From positions 17 to 64,016 of the forward strand of contig CAZJPW010000002.1 of the NCBI GenBank assembly GCA_964548405.1: a stretch of 64,000 nt of DNA, in the 5' to 3' direction. Position 1 is the first letter of the stretch. Every line of letters begins with the position of its first letter. The stretch comes from an uncultured Candidatus Saccharibacteria bacterium. Lineage in GTDB: Bacteria > Patescibacteriota > Minisyncoccia > Portnoybacterales > UBA2143. The notes beneath the pieces were generated by a model. That model was given only the letters and a program-made list of their open reading frames with translations. It ran no database searches and was not told the DNA's origin. The translations under genes and the position numbers were made by a program. Below, in pieces: positions 48,493 to 58,316 of this stretch.

Positions 48493-50388
48493 CTATATCT
48501 CAATATTTATCCTAATCTTATTCTCTTGTTTTGGCATCTTATTAACCCAGAATGGCCAAAAACTTACCCTGGCTTTCTCGATCTCTGATTGGTTAGCTAA
48601 ATACCTCCTTACTTCCACTTCATCCTGACCAGCCAAATTTTCCTTTAAAGATTGTATATCTATTTTAAAAGCAACATTCTCTTCAATAGTTAAAGAAAAA
48701 GAAGCTTCGCCTTTTTCCCAGTCTATTACTGGAGTCTGCCAACTAATCTTTTGTGTTTCATTAATCGGAGTCTTATCATCAGAAATTTTTGAAATTAGAT
48801 TTAAATCAACTAAATTTTTCAGATCTTCTTCTTTGAAAAGCAAAGCCTTCATAGTTACCTTTATATCCATATTAAATTTATCCGCCTGATCACCTTCTTT
48901 AACACTGATTTCTATCTTAACTACTTCTTCTTTTAATCCATCTTCGACTATCCTTAAATCAGTAGGAATCTGATCTTCCAAGGCCTGTTTGACTTCCTGC
49001 TTCAACTCATCAATTAAAGCAGTTTCTGCCTTTTCTAAATCATCAGACAAAACAACCTTAGCTTTACCAACAAAGCCGCCACTCATTGAATCATTAGTCT
49101 TGCCGTAAAAACCGGCAAACTTAGGTGAACCCTTAAATCCGGGTATAGTGAAATTGTCTGGATCAATATTGTAATCTTCGCCCGGCTGATCAGCCACTAT
49201 CTCTATTTCTAAACTACTAGCAATAATCTTACCTTCAGATATTTTAGCTCCCGGCACAGTCACACTCTGAGGTATCCTAAATATCTTACCATTAGAAGAT
49301 TCAAAGCGCGTTCTGGCTAACAAAGTCTGTTTTTCAGAACTATATTCATTATAAATGGTAATCTTACCCCGGGCTCTTTGATTAATATCTTCTTCACCAG
49401 TAGTATTAAATTCTCTACTCTTTGTCTTAGTTACCTCAACTTCTTGAAGAGGAATTTCATTTAAGGATTCATCGATCTGAGAAACATCTTCAGAACCAAT
49501 CACCGATAGATCAAAGTTAACTACCTCAGTTTTGGGCGTAAGAGTAACTTCGGCATTAGGCAAAACCAAGTACCCCACCAAACCTGCCATAACTATGGCT
49601 ACAACGATAAAAATAGTGAATAGCTTAGACCATTTTAGACTACCCTTCTTTTCTGTTTCCGTAAAAACCCTTGTTTCTGGTATTTTTTCCACTTGGACTG
49701 GCCGAAGAGGCTGAACTGGAACTGGTTTTGGCTGCTGATCCGGAATACTCTTAACTGGAGATCGACGGAAAAATCCAGGTTTTTCCTCGCCTGGACGCGT
49801 AACTATGTCAGCCATTCTTTTTTGATTTTGAGTTGATGTTTTCTTAACTTCAGACACTATCCCAGAAACAGGCTTTTTCCTCCAAGAAGTCAACACAGCA
49901 AAAGGACTTTTAGTTTTGGCAGCCTTTTTTTCCACTAATTCATCAACTAAAAGATCTATCATATTTTCCTTGGATTGAACTGGCTCTATCTTTTCTTCAG
50001 AATTTTCATCTACTTCTACAGGATCCTTTACTGGTTCGTCTGGTTGAAGCTCCGGTGAAGCGGATTGGTTTTCTTCTATCTCTTCCTGTTCTTCAACTAT
50101 TTCATCTTGGACTGTATCCTGGACTAATTCCACTGGCAAATCTCTTTCTTTTCGAACGGCAAAGCCTATTCTCTCAGCCATTTCAGCGCCCAAGTCATCT
50201 GAAACAATAAGGGTAACTGCCTTATTCAAAATATCTGCTTCGCGCTTAAGCAGCTTTAGATTAATCGAACTTTGCCAAATCTGAGCACCGGAAGGCACCA
50301 CCAAATTAATTTCTTCATCTTCCGATTGAATAAGACGATCAACTACAGAAATAATTTCCTCATTTGGTTCTAAGTATATATTTTTCAT
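48493..50388 (-). CDS. Bitopic membrane protein with baseplate-J-like extracytoplasmic region
   Basis: Small N-domain, acidic/Pro-rich linker, one TM, ARGKITIYN, VADQPGEDYNI, SGG. Confidence 0.65.
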   Translation of the reverse strand: MKNIYLEPNEEIISVVDRLIQSEDEEINLVVPSGAQIWQSSINLKLLKREADILNKAVTLIVSDDLGAEMAERIGFAVRKERDLPVELVQDTVQDEIVEEQEEIEENQSASPELQPDEPVKDPVEVDENSEEKIEPVQSKENMIDLLVDELVEKKAAKTKSPFAVLTSWRKKPVSGIVSEVKKTSTQNQKRMADIVTRPGEEKPGFFRRSPVKSIPDQQPKPVPVQPLRPVQVEKIPETRVFTETEKKGSLKWSKLFTIFIVVAIVMAGLVGYLVLPNAEVTLTPKTEVVNFDLSVIGSEDVSQIDESLNEIPLQEVEVTKTKSREFNTTGEEDINQRARGKITIYNEYSSEKQTLLARTRFESSNGKIFRIPQSVTVPGAKISEGKIIASSLEIEIVADQPGEDYNIDPDNFTIPGFKGSPKFAGFYGKTNDSMSGGFVGKAKVVLSDDLEKAETALIDELKQEVKQALEDQIPTDLRIVEDGLKEEVVKIEISVKEGDQADKFNMDIKVTMKALLFKEEDLKNLVDLNLISKISDDKTPINETQKISWQTPVIDWEKGEASFSLTIEENVAFKIDIQSLKENLAGQDEVEVRRYLANQSEIEKARVSFWPFWVNKMPKQENKIRINIEI

Positions 50389-50392
50389 AAAA

Positions 50393-51673
50393 TTACCTCA
50401 TTATTTTCAATACCCGTCTTAAGACAGGCGGCAAAACTTTATCTTCATCAGTCATTATTTCCAAAGCTAGACTAGCTAGAGCCATAGGAGTAATGTATTC
50501 AGGCCCTTCTAGGCTATTAGTCTTGTCAATAATATTATTAATATCCTTAGCTTGGATAAAATCGATTTGGGGCGGTTGGCTAAAAGGAAACTTTTCCAGC
50601 CAACGGTTTTGAACCTTTTCTCTTTTTAAAATATTTTTAATTCCAGGAAGCAAACTACCACCTCCGCATAGCAATACTACCGGAGGAAAATACTCTGCCT
50701 GGTCAAACTCTTCCAAGACCAATTCTATTCCACTCAGCCAAAGCCTTAAATCATTTTTTAAAGCATCTCTAATCCTCCATTGAACACTCTGACTTAATGA
50801 ATTCTGACTATGTCTCATCTTTATCTTTTCAGCTTCAGACAAATCGAGATTAAGCATCTTGCCCAGCCGTTTAGTAAAAGTCTGTCCGGCTAAAGCAAAA
50901 CTTTTAATGCCTTCTACTCTGTTCTGACGAACTAAAGCAATATCAGTTGTACCTCCGCCCATATCTATAAAGATTGCACCAGCTGTAGGATTAAAACAGG
51001 ATGTCTTAGTTAAAGCATATGGTTCAGCCGCAATAGAAAGTAAATCCAAATCCAATTTAGCAGCAATATTTTCCACAGCTCGCAAATGAACTAAGGGCGC
51101 ATAAACATTAAAAATGCCTAAAAAAATCTCTTTGCCCTGGAATCCTAAAGGATTAGTCACCTGATAACCATCAATTCGGATATCGGTTAATAAGGCGTTA
51201 ATTGGTTTAATTTCAATTTCTGGACAACAGGTTTCGTGGCCTAATTGGCGCCGGGTCCGATCAAAAGCTTTCCATTGAACTCTCTGGATTACATTCTGCA
51301 GTTCAGCTGAATCAATTGGCTCTTCAGGATTATCCCTTGGACAGACAAAATTAGTAGTTACTCCTTTAATGAATTCCCCGGCAATGCCTATAATCGCTTT
51401 TTTGGGCTTAACCCGAGCCATCTGATTAGCCTGTTCAATTGCTTTCCGGCAAGTTAGAGTTACTCCATCAATGTCAGCTACAGCCCCAGCCAGCATACTA
51501 CCAGACAACTGCCTTTGACGCCCAAATCCAATAACAGCCCCCTGATCTTTAATCTCTCCTCGTTCAGATATTCCCCTTTCCAGCCTAAAAATCAAAGCTT
51601 TAACAAACTCTGTTCCTATATCAATAACTAACAAATATTTTTTGGGCTTTGTCTTTCTAGAAAACAACCGCAT
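50393..51673 (-). CDS. FtsA-like actin-fold ATPase
   Basis: IDIGTEFVKA, AEPYA, IDMGGGTTD, LCGGGS. Confidence 0.8.
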   Translation of the reverse strand: MRLFSRKTKPKKYLLVIDIGTEFVKALIFRLERGISERGEIKDQGAVIGFGRQRQLSGSMLAGAVADIDGVTLTCRKAIEQANQMARVKPKKAIIGIAGEFIKGVTTNFVCPRDNPEEPIDSAELQNVIQRVQWKAFDRTRRQLGHETCCPEIEIKPINALLTDIRIDGYQVTNPLGFQGKEIFLGIFNVYAPLVHLRAVENIAAKLDLDLLSIAAEPYALTKTSCFNPTAGAIFIDMGGGTTDIALVRQNRVEGIKSFALAGQTFTKRLGKMLNLDLSEAEKIKMRHSQNSLSQSVQWRIRDALKNDLRLWLSGIELVLEEFDQAEYFPPVVLLCGGGSLLPGIKNILKREKVQNRWLEKFPFSQPPQIDFIQAKDINNIIDKTNSLEGPEYITPMALASLALEIMTDEDKVLPPVLRRVLKIMR

Positions 51674-51700
51674 TACCTATATTCTACACCAAAACTTATC

Positions 51701-53548
51701 TTATTCCAATACTGCTTTGATTCTTCTAACTCCAGCCGAGCTGGATTGCTCCTTGGTAATCTTAAAATGACCCAATTGGCCAGTTCGTTCAACATGAGGA
51801 CCAGCACAAATCTCTTTTGAAAAATCTTCTATAGTATATATTTTTACTTTTTCTCCATACTTTGATTCAAAAGTTCCCATAGCGCCTTGTTCTTTAGCTT
51901 GATCTAAAGTCATTTCATCACAAGAAACAGTTAAATCTTTTTCAATTGCATCATTTACTAATTTTTCTACTTCTTGCTTTTGTTCGTCTGTTAGTTTTTC
52001 TGAATGAGAAAAATCAAATCTCAATCTCTGAGCTGTAATATTACTGCCTCTTTGAATGACTTGATCGCCTAAAACTTTTCTTAAAGCAGCCAGTAATAAA
52101 TGAGCGGCCGTATGAAGTTTTTTAGTTTCCTCTCCAGTATCAGCCAATCCACTCTTGAATTTGCCTTGAGTAGCAGTTCTAGAAAGATCCTGGTGTTTTT
52201 TGAGTTCTTCTTGAAATCCTTCTTCATCAACTTTTATTCCATTTTCTTCGGCTAATTCTTTAGTCATCTCAATGGGAAAACCATAGGTCTGGTATAAATC
52301 AAAGGCTTCCTTGCCGCTAATTATAGGACCAAATACTGGAGTTTTTGCACCTGGAGAACTTTGTGGTATTATTAACTTATTTTGGATAATTCTTTCCCCT
52401 TTTTTCAAGGTCTTCTTAAACTTAGCTTCTTCCTGATCAAAATTATCCAAGACAAAATCCCGATTCCTTTCTAATTCATTATATACATCTTTAAAATCAT
52501 TAATTACAACTTGAGCTACTTGTTTAGTCCATAAATCATCTTTGATTTCTAATTGCCGCCCGTATCTAATAGCCCTCCTAATTAATCTGCGAACCACATA
52601 CCCCTGATCAAGATTAGAAGGAGCTATTCCCTTATCATCACTCATAATAAAAGTAGCAGCCTTAATATGGTCAGCGATAATTCGAAAAACCTTTCTAGTA
52701 TCAACCCAACATTGTTTTCCTTCCTCTATATATTCACTATCAAATTTATCTCCATACTCTAAGTTAGACAATTCTTCAATTTTTTTAATAATATTTATAA
52801 ATAATTCTGTTCTATAATCATCATATGTTTTATTCATAACAGCCAAAACTCTTTCTAAACCAACTCCCGTATCAACATTCTTCTGACTTAACGGTTCAAA
52901 AGTTCCATCTGTCTTCTTATTATACTCCATAAAAACGTTATTCCAGATTTCCATCCAACGATCATCTTCTGGATCAAACTTCTCTGGAGCTGGAGTATCA
53001 TCCTTAGTCCAATAAAATATTTCGGTATCTGGACCACAAGGTCCTGTTTGTCCGGCTGGTCCCCACCAATTCTCTACTTTAGGCAATGGGACAATTTTCT
53101 TATCTGGGACGCCAACACTCTTCCAAACATCAATTGATTCCTGATCTAAAGGTGCATCTTGATCCCCCTCAAAAACAGAAACAGCAACTCTCTGCTTATC
53201 TAAACCAAGCCATTCTGAAGAGGTTAAAAATTCCCAGCTCCATTCGATTACTTGTTTTTTAAAGTAATCGCCTAAAGACCAATTCCCTAATTGTTCAAAA
53301 AAAGTATGATGAGTCGTATCACCCACTTCATTAATATCTACAGTCCGAATACATTTCTGAATATCGACTAGACGATTTCCTTGAGGATGTTTTTCACCCA
53401 TTAAATACGGCACCAAGGGATGCATGCCAGCAGAAATAAACAAAGTGGTTGGATCATTTTCAGGAATCAAAGAAGCGCTGGGAATAACAGCGTGGTCTTT
53501 AGACTTAAAAAAATCTAAATATTTTTGTCGTAGTTCTTTTGATGTCAT
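51701..53548 (-). CDS. alaS: Alanine-tRNA ligase, short form without C-Ala domain
   Basis: HHTFFE, GPCGPD, DTGVGLER, HTAAH, CAGPH; ends at GVRRIKAVLE. Confidence 0.96.
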   Translation of the reverse strand: MTSKELRQKYLDFFKSKDHAVIPSASLIPENDPTTLFISAGMHPLVPYLMGEKHPQGNRLVDIQKCIRTVDINEVGDTTHHTFFEQLGNWSLGDYFKKQVIEWSWEFLTSSEWLGLDKQRVAVSVFEGDQDAPLDQESIDVWKSVGVPDKKIVPLPKVENWWGPAGQTGPCGPDTEIFYWTKDDTPAPEKFDPEDDRWMEIWNNVFMEYNKKTDGTFEPLSQKNVDTGVGLERVLAVMNKTYDDYRTELFINIIKKIEELSNLEYGDKFDSEYIEEGKQCWVDTRKVFRIIADHIKAATFIMSDDKGIAPSNLDQGYVVRRLIRRAIRYGRQLEIKDDLWTKQVAQVVINDFKDVYNELERNRDFVLDNFDQEEAKFKKTLKKGERIIQNKLIIPQSSPGAKTPVFGPIISGKEAFDLYQTYGFPIEMTKELAEENGIKVDEEGFQEELKKHQDLSRTATQGKFKSGLADTGEETKKLHTAAHLLLAALRKVLGDQVIQRGSNITAQRLRFDFSHSEKLTDEQKQEVEKLVNDAIEKDLTVSCDEMTLDQAKEQGAMGTFESKYGEKVKIYTIEDFSKEICAGPHVERTGQLGHFKITKEQSSSAGVRRIKAVLE

Positions 53549-53549
53549 A

Positions 53550-55256
53550 TTACTCTACTTCCTTGTTATAGCACTTCTGACAGTATACTATTTCTTTTCG
53601 CTCTGGGGAATAGGTTGTTTGGAATTTAACATTACATCCTTTGTTCATACACTGCCTTTGCCACAACCTCAAAGGATTTCTAAATCTAGACCTTTCTTTT
53701 CTTCTGCAATACATACAAGTTCTAGGCAAGGGTAAATTATGTTTTTTGTAAAAATCTAATTCTCTGGACACAATTTGAAAAACACCTGAACCGTCACAAT
53801 CACTCCCATTCTGACATCTAATTACTTGTTTTAAAATACTTTTATCTACATCATTAATATGATCTGGTAGTTTTTCTGATTTAATTGTTGCTTTGTATTC
53901 TGGCTTAGGCCGATCATACCAAGTATATCCTTTAGCTAAAGCCTGTTTTTTAGTCAAAGGAAAATATACCTGAGCTGGCGTATCATGATAACTAAAGCGG
54001 GACATTTCAAGAGGGAAAAAATCTCCATACTGATAAACTCTTTTCTTTTTATCAATGTATGGCATATCGTTCATTTGCTGCTTAATCTTCTTAATCATTT
54101 CTTTGTATTCTTGTTTGGAATATTGTTTATTAAAAATACAGTATTCTTTATGACGCAAACCAATACAGCCAAATATGTCATGGCAGTTATAGCATTCTAT
54201 GGAATAGGCAGTATCATAGCAATTATCTAAATTGCCTGAACAAACAAGATTACGACAACTAGTAGTAAAATCCGCTTCGTAAAGCAATTCTGATTTTGTT
54301 CCTCCAGCATTAACATCATAACTATCTTTAATATTCAACCCAGACATATGGATAAATTTACAATCTTCTGCTCCTTGATAAACACCAAAACATCTATAGC
54401 AGTTTTTACTTCCGTTAACATAGTCTCCAATAATACCAACTGATTTAATTATCTTAGCCCAAGGTTTGGGAAATTTTAAATTAAATCTCTCAAACTTCCT
54501 TATTAACTTCTGTACTGTCTCATAGCTTCCCAAATCATATTTCTTGATTTCCTTTAAATATTCTGCTTTGGAATATGCTTCGTTAAAGATGTGATACTTC
54601 TTGTTTCCCAAATTAACGCAGCCGAAACAGCTTTGGCAGTTACGGCAATCGTACAAAAAAGACGAATCCATACAATTATTACAAAAAGCGCTGAAAAACA
54701 AACGATAGGAATTATCACAATCAAAACACTCATAGATCCGTTCTCCTCCAATAATCATAGTTGAATCCATGGAATCTTTAGTCATGCCAGGACCATGAAG
54801 ATACAAACAGCTTTCTGAAGCAATTCCACCATGAGACATATAGCAGTTTTTGCTTTGAATTAAGTTAGTACAATACTCACAATCAACCGAATTAATCAAT
54901 CTTAAGTTATGCCAAGGAACTTGCTTCATTAACCGATTAAACTGTTCAAAGAATGTTTTCTTAAAATCATACTCCTTTCCATAATCCATTGGATCCCACT
55001 TATCTGACCACCAGATCTTTTGATCATAAACCTTGTATGATGTTTTAGGGTTATAGCCGCTGATCAATTCCTTGCCAGTAAAATCACATTTATCTTTGTA
55101 TAATCTATCAATACTCCTAACAGCCAATCTTCTAATTAAACGACACTCCGGACACCAGGTTGGTTCTGGTACATCTATCTTTTTATAAAATTCAAAATCT
55201 TCTGGTTCTATCACAAACTTAGATTTACAATTTTGGCAAGTTTCAGTTTTTTTCAT
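53550..55256 (-). CDS. Cys-rich zinc-ribbon repeat protein, paralog 1
   Basis: CQNC...CPECR, WWSDKWD, CFGC repeats, C-terminal VYCQKCY. Confidence 0.85.
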   Translation of the reverse strand: MKKTETCQNCKSKFVIEPEDFEFYKKIDVPEPTWCPECRLIRRLAVRSIDRLYKDKCDFTGKELISGYNPKTSYKVYDQKIWWSDKWDPMDYGKEYDFKKTFFEQFNRLMKQVPWHNLRLINSVDCEYCTNLIQSKNCYMSHGGIASESCLYLHGPGMTKDSMDSTMIIGGERIYECFDCDNSYRLFFSAFCNNCMDSSFLYDCRNCQSCFGCVNLGNKKYHIFNEAYSKAEYLKEIKKYDLGSYETVQKLIRKFERFNLKFPKPWAKIIKSVGIIGDYVNGSKNCYRCFGVYQGAEDCKFIHMSGLNIKDSYDVNAGGTKSELLYEADFTTSCRNLVCSGNLDNCYDTAYSIECYNCHDIFGCIGLRHKEYCIFNKQYSKQEYKEMIKKIKQQMNDMPYIDKKKRVYQYGDFFPLEMSRFSYHDTPAQVYFPLTKKQALAKGYTWYDRPKPEYKATIKSEKLPDHINDVDKSILKQVIRCQNGSDCDGSGVFQIVSRELDFYKKHNLPLPRTCMYCRRKERSRFRNPLRLWQRQCMNKGCNVKFQTTYSPERKEIVYCQKCYNKEVE

Positions 55257-56602
55257 TTGTTTTTAATAAAGAATTTTGAAATAATACTTCCAATTATTAA
55301 CCCAGCTAAAGTAGAAACCAAAGCATAACCAACAACCAATGGAGTAAATGAACCAGTTACTGAAACTACAATAAAAACGATTAGACCTAAGGCATATCCT
55401 AGAGTCAAAGCAAACCCAGAAATTCTTCTAAAAAGCCAAGTAGTAATTATTCCAACTCCTAAAACAATACCAATTGTTGCCCATAAATACGTTGAGACAA
55501 TGACACTTTTTAATAAATAACTGGCAATGGCAGCTAAAACAATAATCACGGCCATAGTAATCCTAAAATATTTAACGGTCTGCTCTTTACTAACCTTCTT
55601 ATTCCTTAAAACAAAATCCTGCAGAAAAACTGAGCTGCTTGTAAAAATATATGTATCGGTTGATGACATTACTGCCGAGAACATTAAAACTCCACCAATG
55701 CCTAAAAAGTAAACTGGTAATAGATGAATTAATCCTTTGATAAAAGCTATTTCAGGATCTGCCTCAGGCATATGTGTTTTAATGACTAAACCAATCAGAA
55801 TCATAATAAAAATCATCAAAGGATAAATTGTCATTGACATTAAGAATCCCCTCTTTAAAGTCTTCTTATTCTTTGTCGCATATATTCTCTGAAACATGGC
55901 TGGCTGGAAAAACGGAGTCAAAACCCCAAGAATGATAAACATAGGAATATTCCCTAATCCAGATGACCAAGGATCTAAATATTCCCTATCAACTTTCCAA
56001 ATACTAGTCAAACTAAACAACATTATTAACAACAAAACTAGAATAACAATATATTGAAAAAAATCTGTTTTTACAACTGCTTTAAAACCTCCTGCAATCA
56101 GATAAATAAAAACAACAGAAGTAATTAAAACAAGAGAAACATTAAAACTAAATCCCGTTATTTCAAACAAAGCTTTTGAACCAGCTGTTAATTGGACAAT
56201 TATTGAAAATGTTAATTTGAGCAAGGCTAATGTAGCAGCTAAATACCCCGCTGTCTTGCCATAATTTTTAAAAACATAGTCAGCCAAGGTATAGTATTGA
56301 TTTTTATCTGCTTCATCTTTCAAACGATTTTTAGCAAAAAGATAAAAAACCCAAAAACCAGCCACTGCTCCTAATAAATACCAAATAGCACCCATATCAT
56401 ACAAATATACAAAAGTAACCAAAACAAGCAAAAAACCACCATCCGCCTTACTAGCAGCAATAGTGGCAAAAGTAGACAAGGAACTAACTTTCCTATCACC
56501 CAAAAGAAAACCTTCAGCTGTTTGTTTACGTGAAGCCCAAAGGCCAATAACTATTGAAATAGCGAAGTAGGCTGAGATTAAAACTATTCCTAATGTTCCC
56601 AT
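55253..56602 (-). CDS. Sodium:solute symporter family protein
   Basis: About 13 TMs, FLLGDR, GGFKAVVKTD, QRIYA, AVMSSTD. Confidence 0.9.
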   Translation of the reverse strand: MGTLGIVLISAYFAISIVIGLWASRKQTAEGFLLGDRKVSSLSTFATIAASKADGGFLLVLVTFVYLYDMGAIWYLLGAVAGFWVFYLFAKNRLKDEADKNQYYTLADYVFKNYGKTAGYLAATLALLKLTFSIIVQLTAGSKALFEITGFSFNVSLVLITSVVFIYLIAGGFKAVVKTDFFQYIVILVLLLIMLFSLTSIWKVDREYLDPWSSGLGNIPMFIILGVLTPFFQPAMFQRIYATKNKKTLKRGFLMSMTIYPLMIFIMILIGLVIKTHMPEADPEIAFIKGLIHLLPVYFLGIGGVLMFSAVMSSTDTYIFTSSSVFLQDFVLRNKKVSKEQTVKYFRITMAVIIVLAAIASYLLKSVIVSTYLWATIGIVLGVGIITTWLFRRISGFALTLGYALGLIVFIVVSVTGSFTPLVVGYALVSTLAGLIIGSIISKFFIKNK

Positions 56603-56606
56603 AAAT

Positions 56607-58316
56607 TTATTCTACTTCTTTATTATAACATTTTTCACAATAAACTACTTCTTTCCTATCTAGGGAATAGGTTGTTTGGAATTTGGTATTGCAACCTTTT
56701 TTCATACATTGACGTTCCCAAAGTTTAATCGTACTTCTTTGTTGAATCCTTTCCTGATGTCTACATTCTGGACACAGACGAGGCAAAGCTAAACCATATT
56801 TTTGATAAAACTTAAGCTCGTTAGGAATAATTTTAAAAACACCCGAACCAGCACAATCAGAATTCTGGCATTCAATTGTTTCTTTTAAAATACTTACATC
56901 TATATCTTTGATATAATCTGATAAATCTTTAGATTTAATAGTTGTCTCGTAATTTGACTTTTCTTCTCTATACCAATTATATCCTTGTTTTGAAGCCTGT
57001 TCCTTATTTAAAGGAAAATATCTTTGAACTATAGATTCGTTGTATCCAAAACGAGAAAGTTCAATCGGAAAATATTCTCCATACTTATATTCTCTTCCCT
57101 TTTTATCAAGATACGGCATTTGATCCATCTGCTTCTTAATCTTTCCCACTATTTCAAAATACTCCTCTTTTGAGTATTGCTTATTTAAAATACAATATTT
57201 CTTTTTTCTCAAAGAAACACAGCCAAACAAATCTGAAGAACCATGACAGCCTTCTGAATAAAATACATCTCTGCTTGTCCAAACAGCATTGTCAAAAAAC
57301 ATTCGATCGCATCTTTCAACAACACAAACTGATTCATAGGCTCGAGTCACAAAATACCCTGTATCATAGACATCATAAGAATCTTTAAGTCCCCAGCCAG
57401 TAATTAATACATATTTAGAATCTTCTGTCCCTTTATCTCCATTGAAGCAATATTGACAGTTTTTGGAATTAGCCATATCATCGCCAACCACATTAACTGC
57501 TTTTTCGATTCTGGCAAATTTGCGTGGAAATTTAATATGGAAATCCTTAAATCTTTTTTCAACATCCAAAATCGTCTTATGACTACCTAAATCATACTTT
57601 TCCATTTCCTTTTCATATTCTGTCTTGGAATATGCTTTGTTGAATATGTGATACTTTTTGTTTCTCAAATTAACACAACCAAAACAATCGTGGCAATTAC
57701 GACAATTATACAAAAAAGCTGAATTATGACATTCTAGGCAATCCCAACTAAAAAAGAGTTTATAGCATTTTGAACAACCAACACAAAAATAGCAAAGTTC
57801 ATCATTGACTGCCTTATACATATCCATACAATCCTTGTTTTCTCCAGACCAAGTTGTATAGGAACAATTTTCTGACATTCCGCCCAAGAATACTAAATAG
57901 CAGTCTTTGGTCTGAGTCATATCATGACAATAATCGCTATTCTCCGAATTAGTATTTAAAAGATTAACTACTGGCGTATCTTTCTGTAATTGATAAAACT
58001 GCTCAAAAAATGATTTGTTAGAATCATATTCTCTTCCATATTCCATAGGGTCCCAATTATCTGACCACCAGCATTTATTACAATAAACCTTAAATGGCTT
58101 ATCCGGAGAGTAAATCGTGACCATAGATTTACTACATAGATCACATTTTCTTTTGTATAGCTTTCTTTCATTCCAAGAAGCTAATCTTCGCTGCATGCGG
58201 CATTGAGGACAAAAGGTAGGCTCCGGCACATCTATCTTTTTATAGAATTTCTTATCTTCTGATTCAATATTAAATTCAATTTTACAGTTTTGACAGATTT
58301 TTGTTTTAAAATCCAT
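56607..58316 (-). CDS. Cys-rich zinc-ribbon repeat protein, paralog 2
   Basis: Same architecture; start re-set to MDFKTK (TAATG overlap with paralog 3). Confidence 0.85.
   Translation of the reverse strand: MDFKTKICQNCKIEFNIESEDKKFYKKIDVPEPTFCPQCRMQRRLASWNERKLYKRKCDLCSKSMVTIYSPDKPFKVYCNKCWWSDNWDPMEYGREYDSNKSFFEQFYQLQKDTPVVNLLNTNSENSDYCHDMTQTKDCYLVFLGGMSENCSYTTWSGENKDCMDMYKAVNDELCYFCVGCSKCYKLFFSWDCLECHNSAFLYNCRNCHDCFGCVNLRNKKYHIFNKAYSKTEYEKEMEKYDLGSHKTILDVEKRFKDFHIKFPRKFARIEKAVNVVGDDMANSKNCQYCFNGDKGTEDSKYVLITGWGLKDSYDVYDTGYFVTRAYESVCVVERCDRMFFDNAVWTSRDVFYSEGCHGSSDLFGCVSLRKKKYCILNKQYSKEEYFEIVGKIKKQMDQMPYLDKKGREYKYGEYFPIELSRFGYNESIVQRYFPLNKEQASKQGYNWYREEKSNYETTIKSKDLSDYIKDIDVSILKETIECQNSDCAGSGVFKIIPNELKFYQKYGLALPRLCPECRHQERIQQRSTIKLWERQCMKKGCNTKFQTTYSLDRKEVVYCEKCYNKEVE

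Noticed and set aside
48493-50388. Prophage or contractile injection system
   Set aside because: Only one baseplate-J-like region, on a membrane protein; no sheath, tube or other phage genes
51701-53548. alaS as a truncated pseudogene
   Set aside because: Catalytic and editing motifs are intact and the gene ends cleanly at a domain boundary; C-Ala-less forms are plausible in reduced genomes
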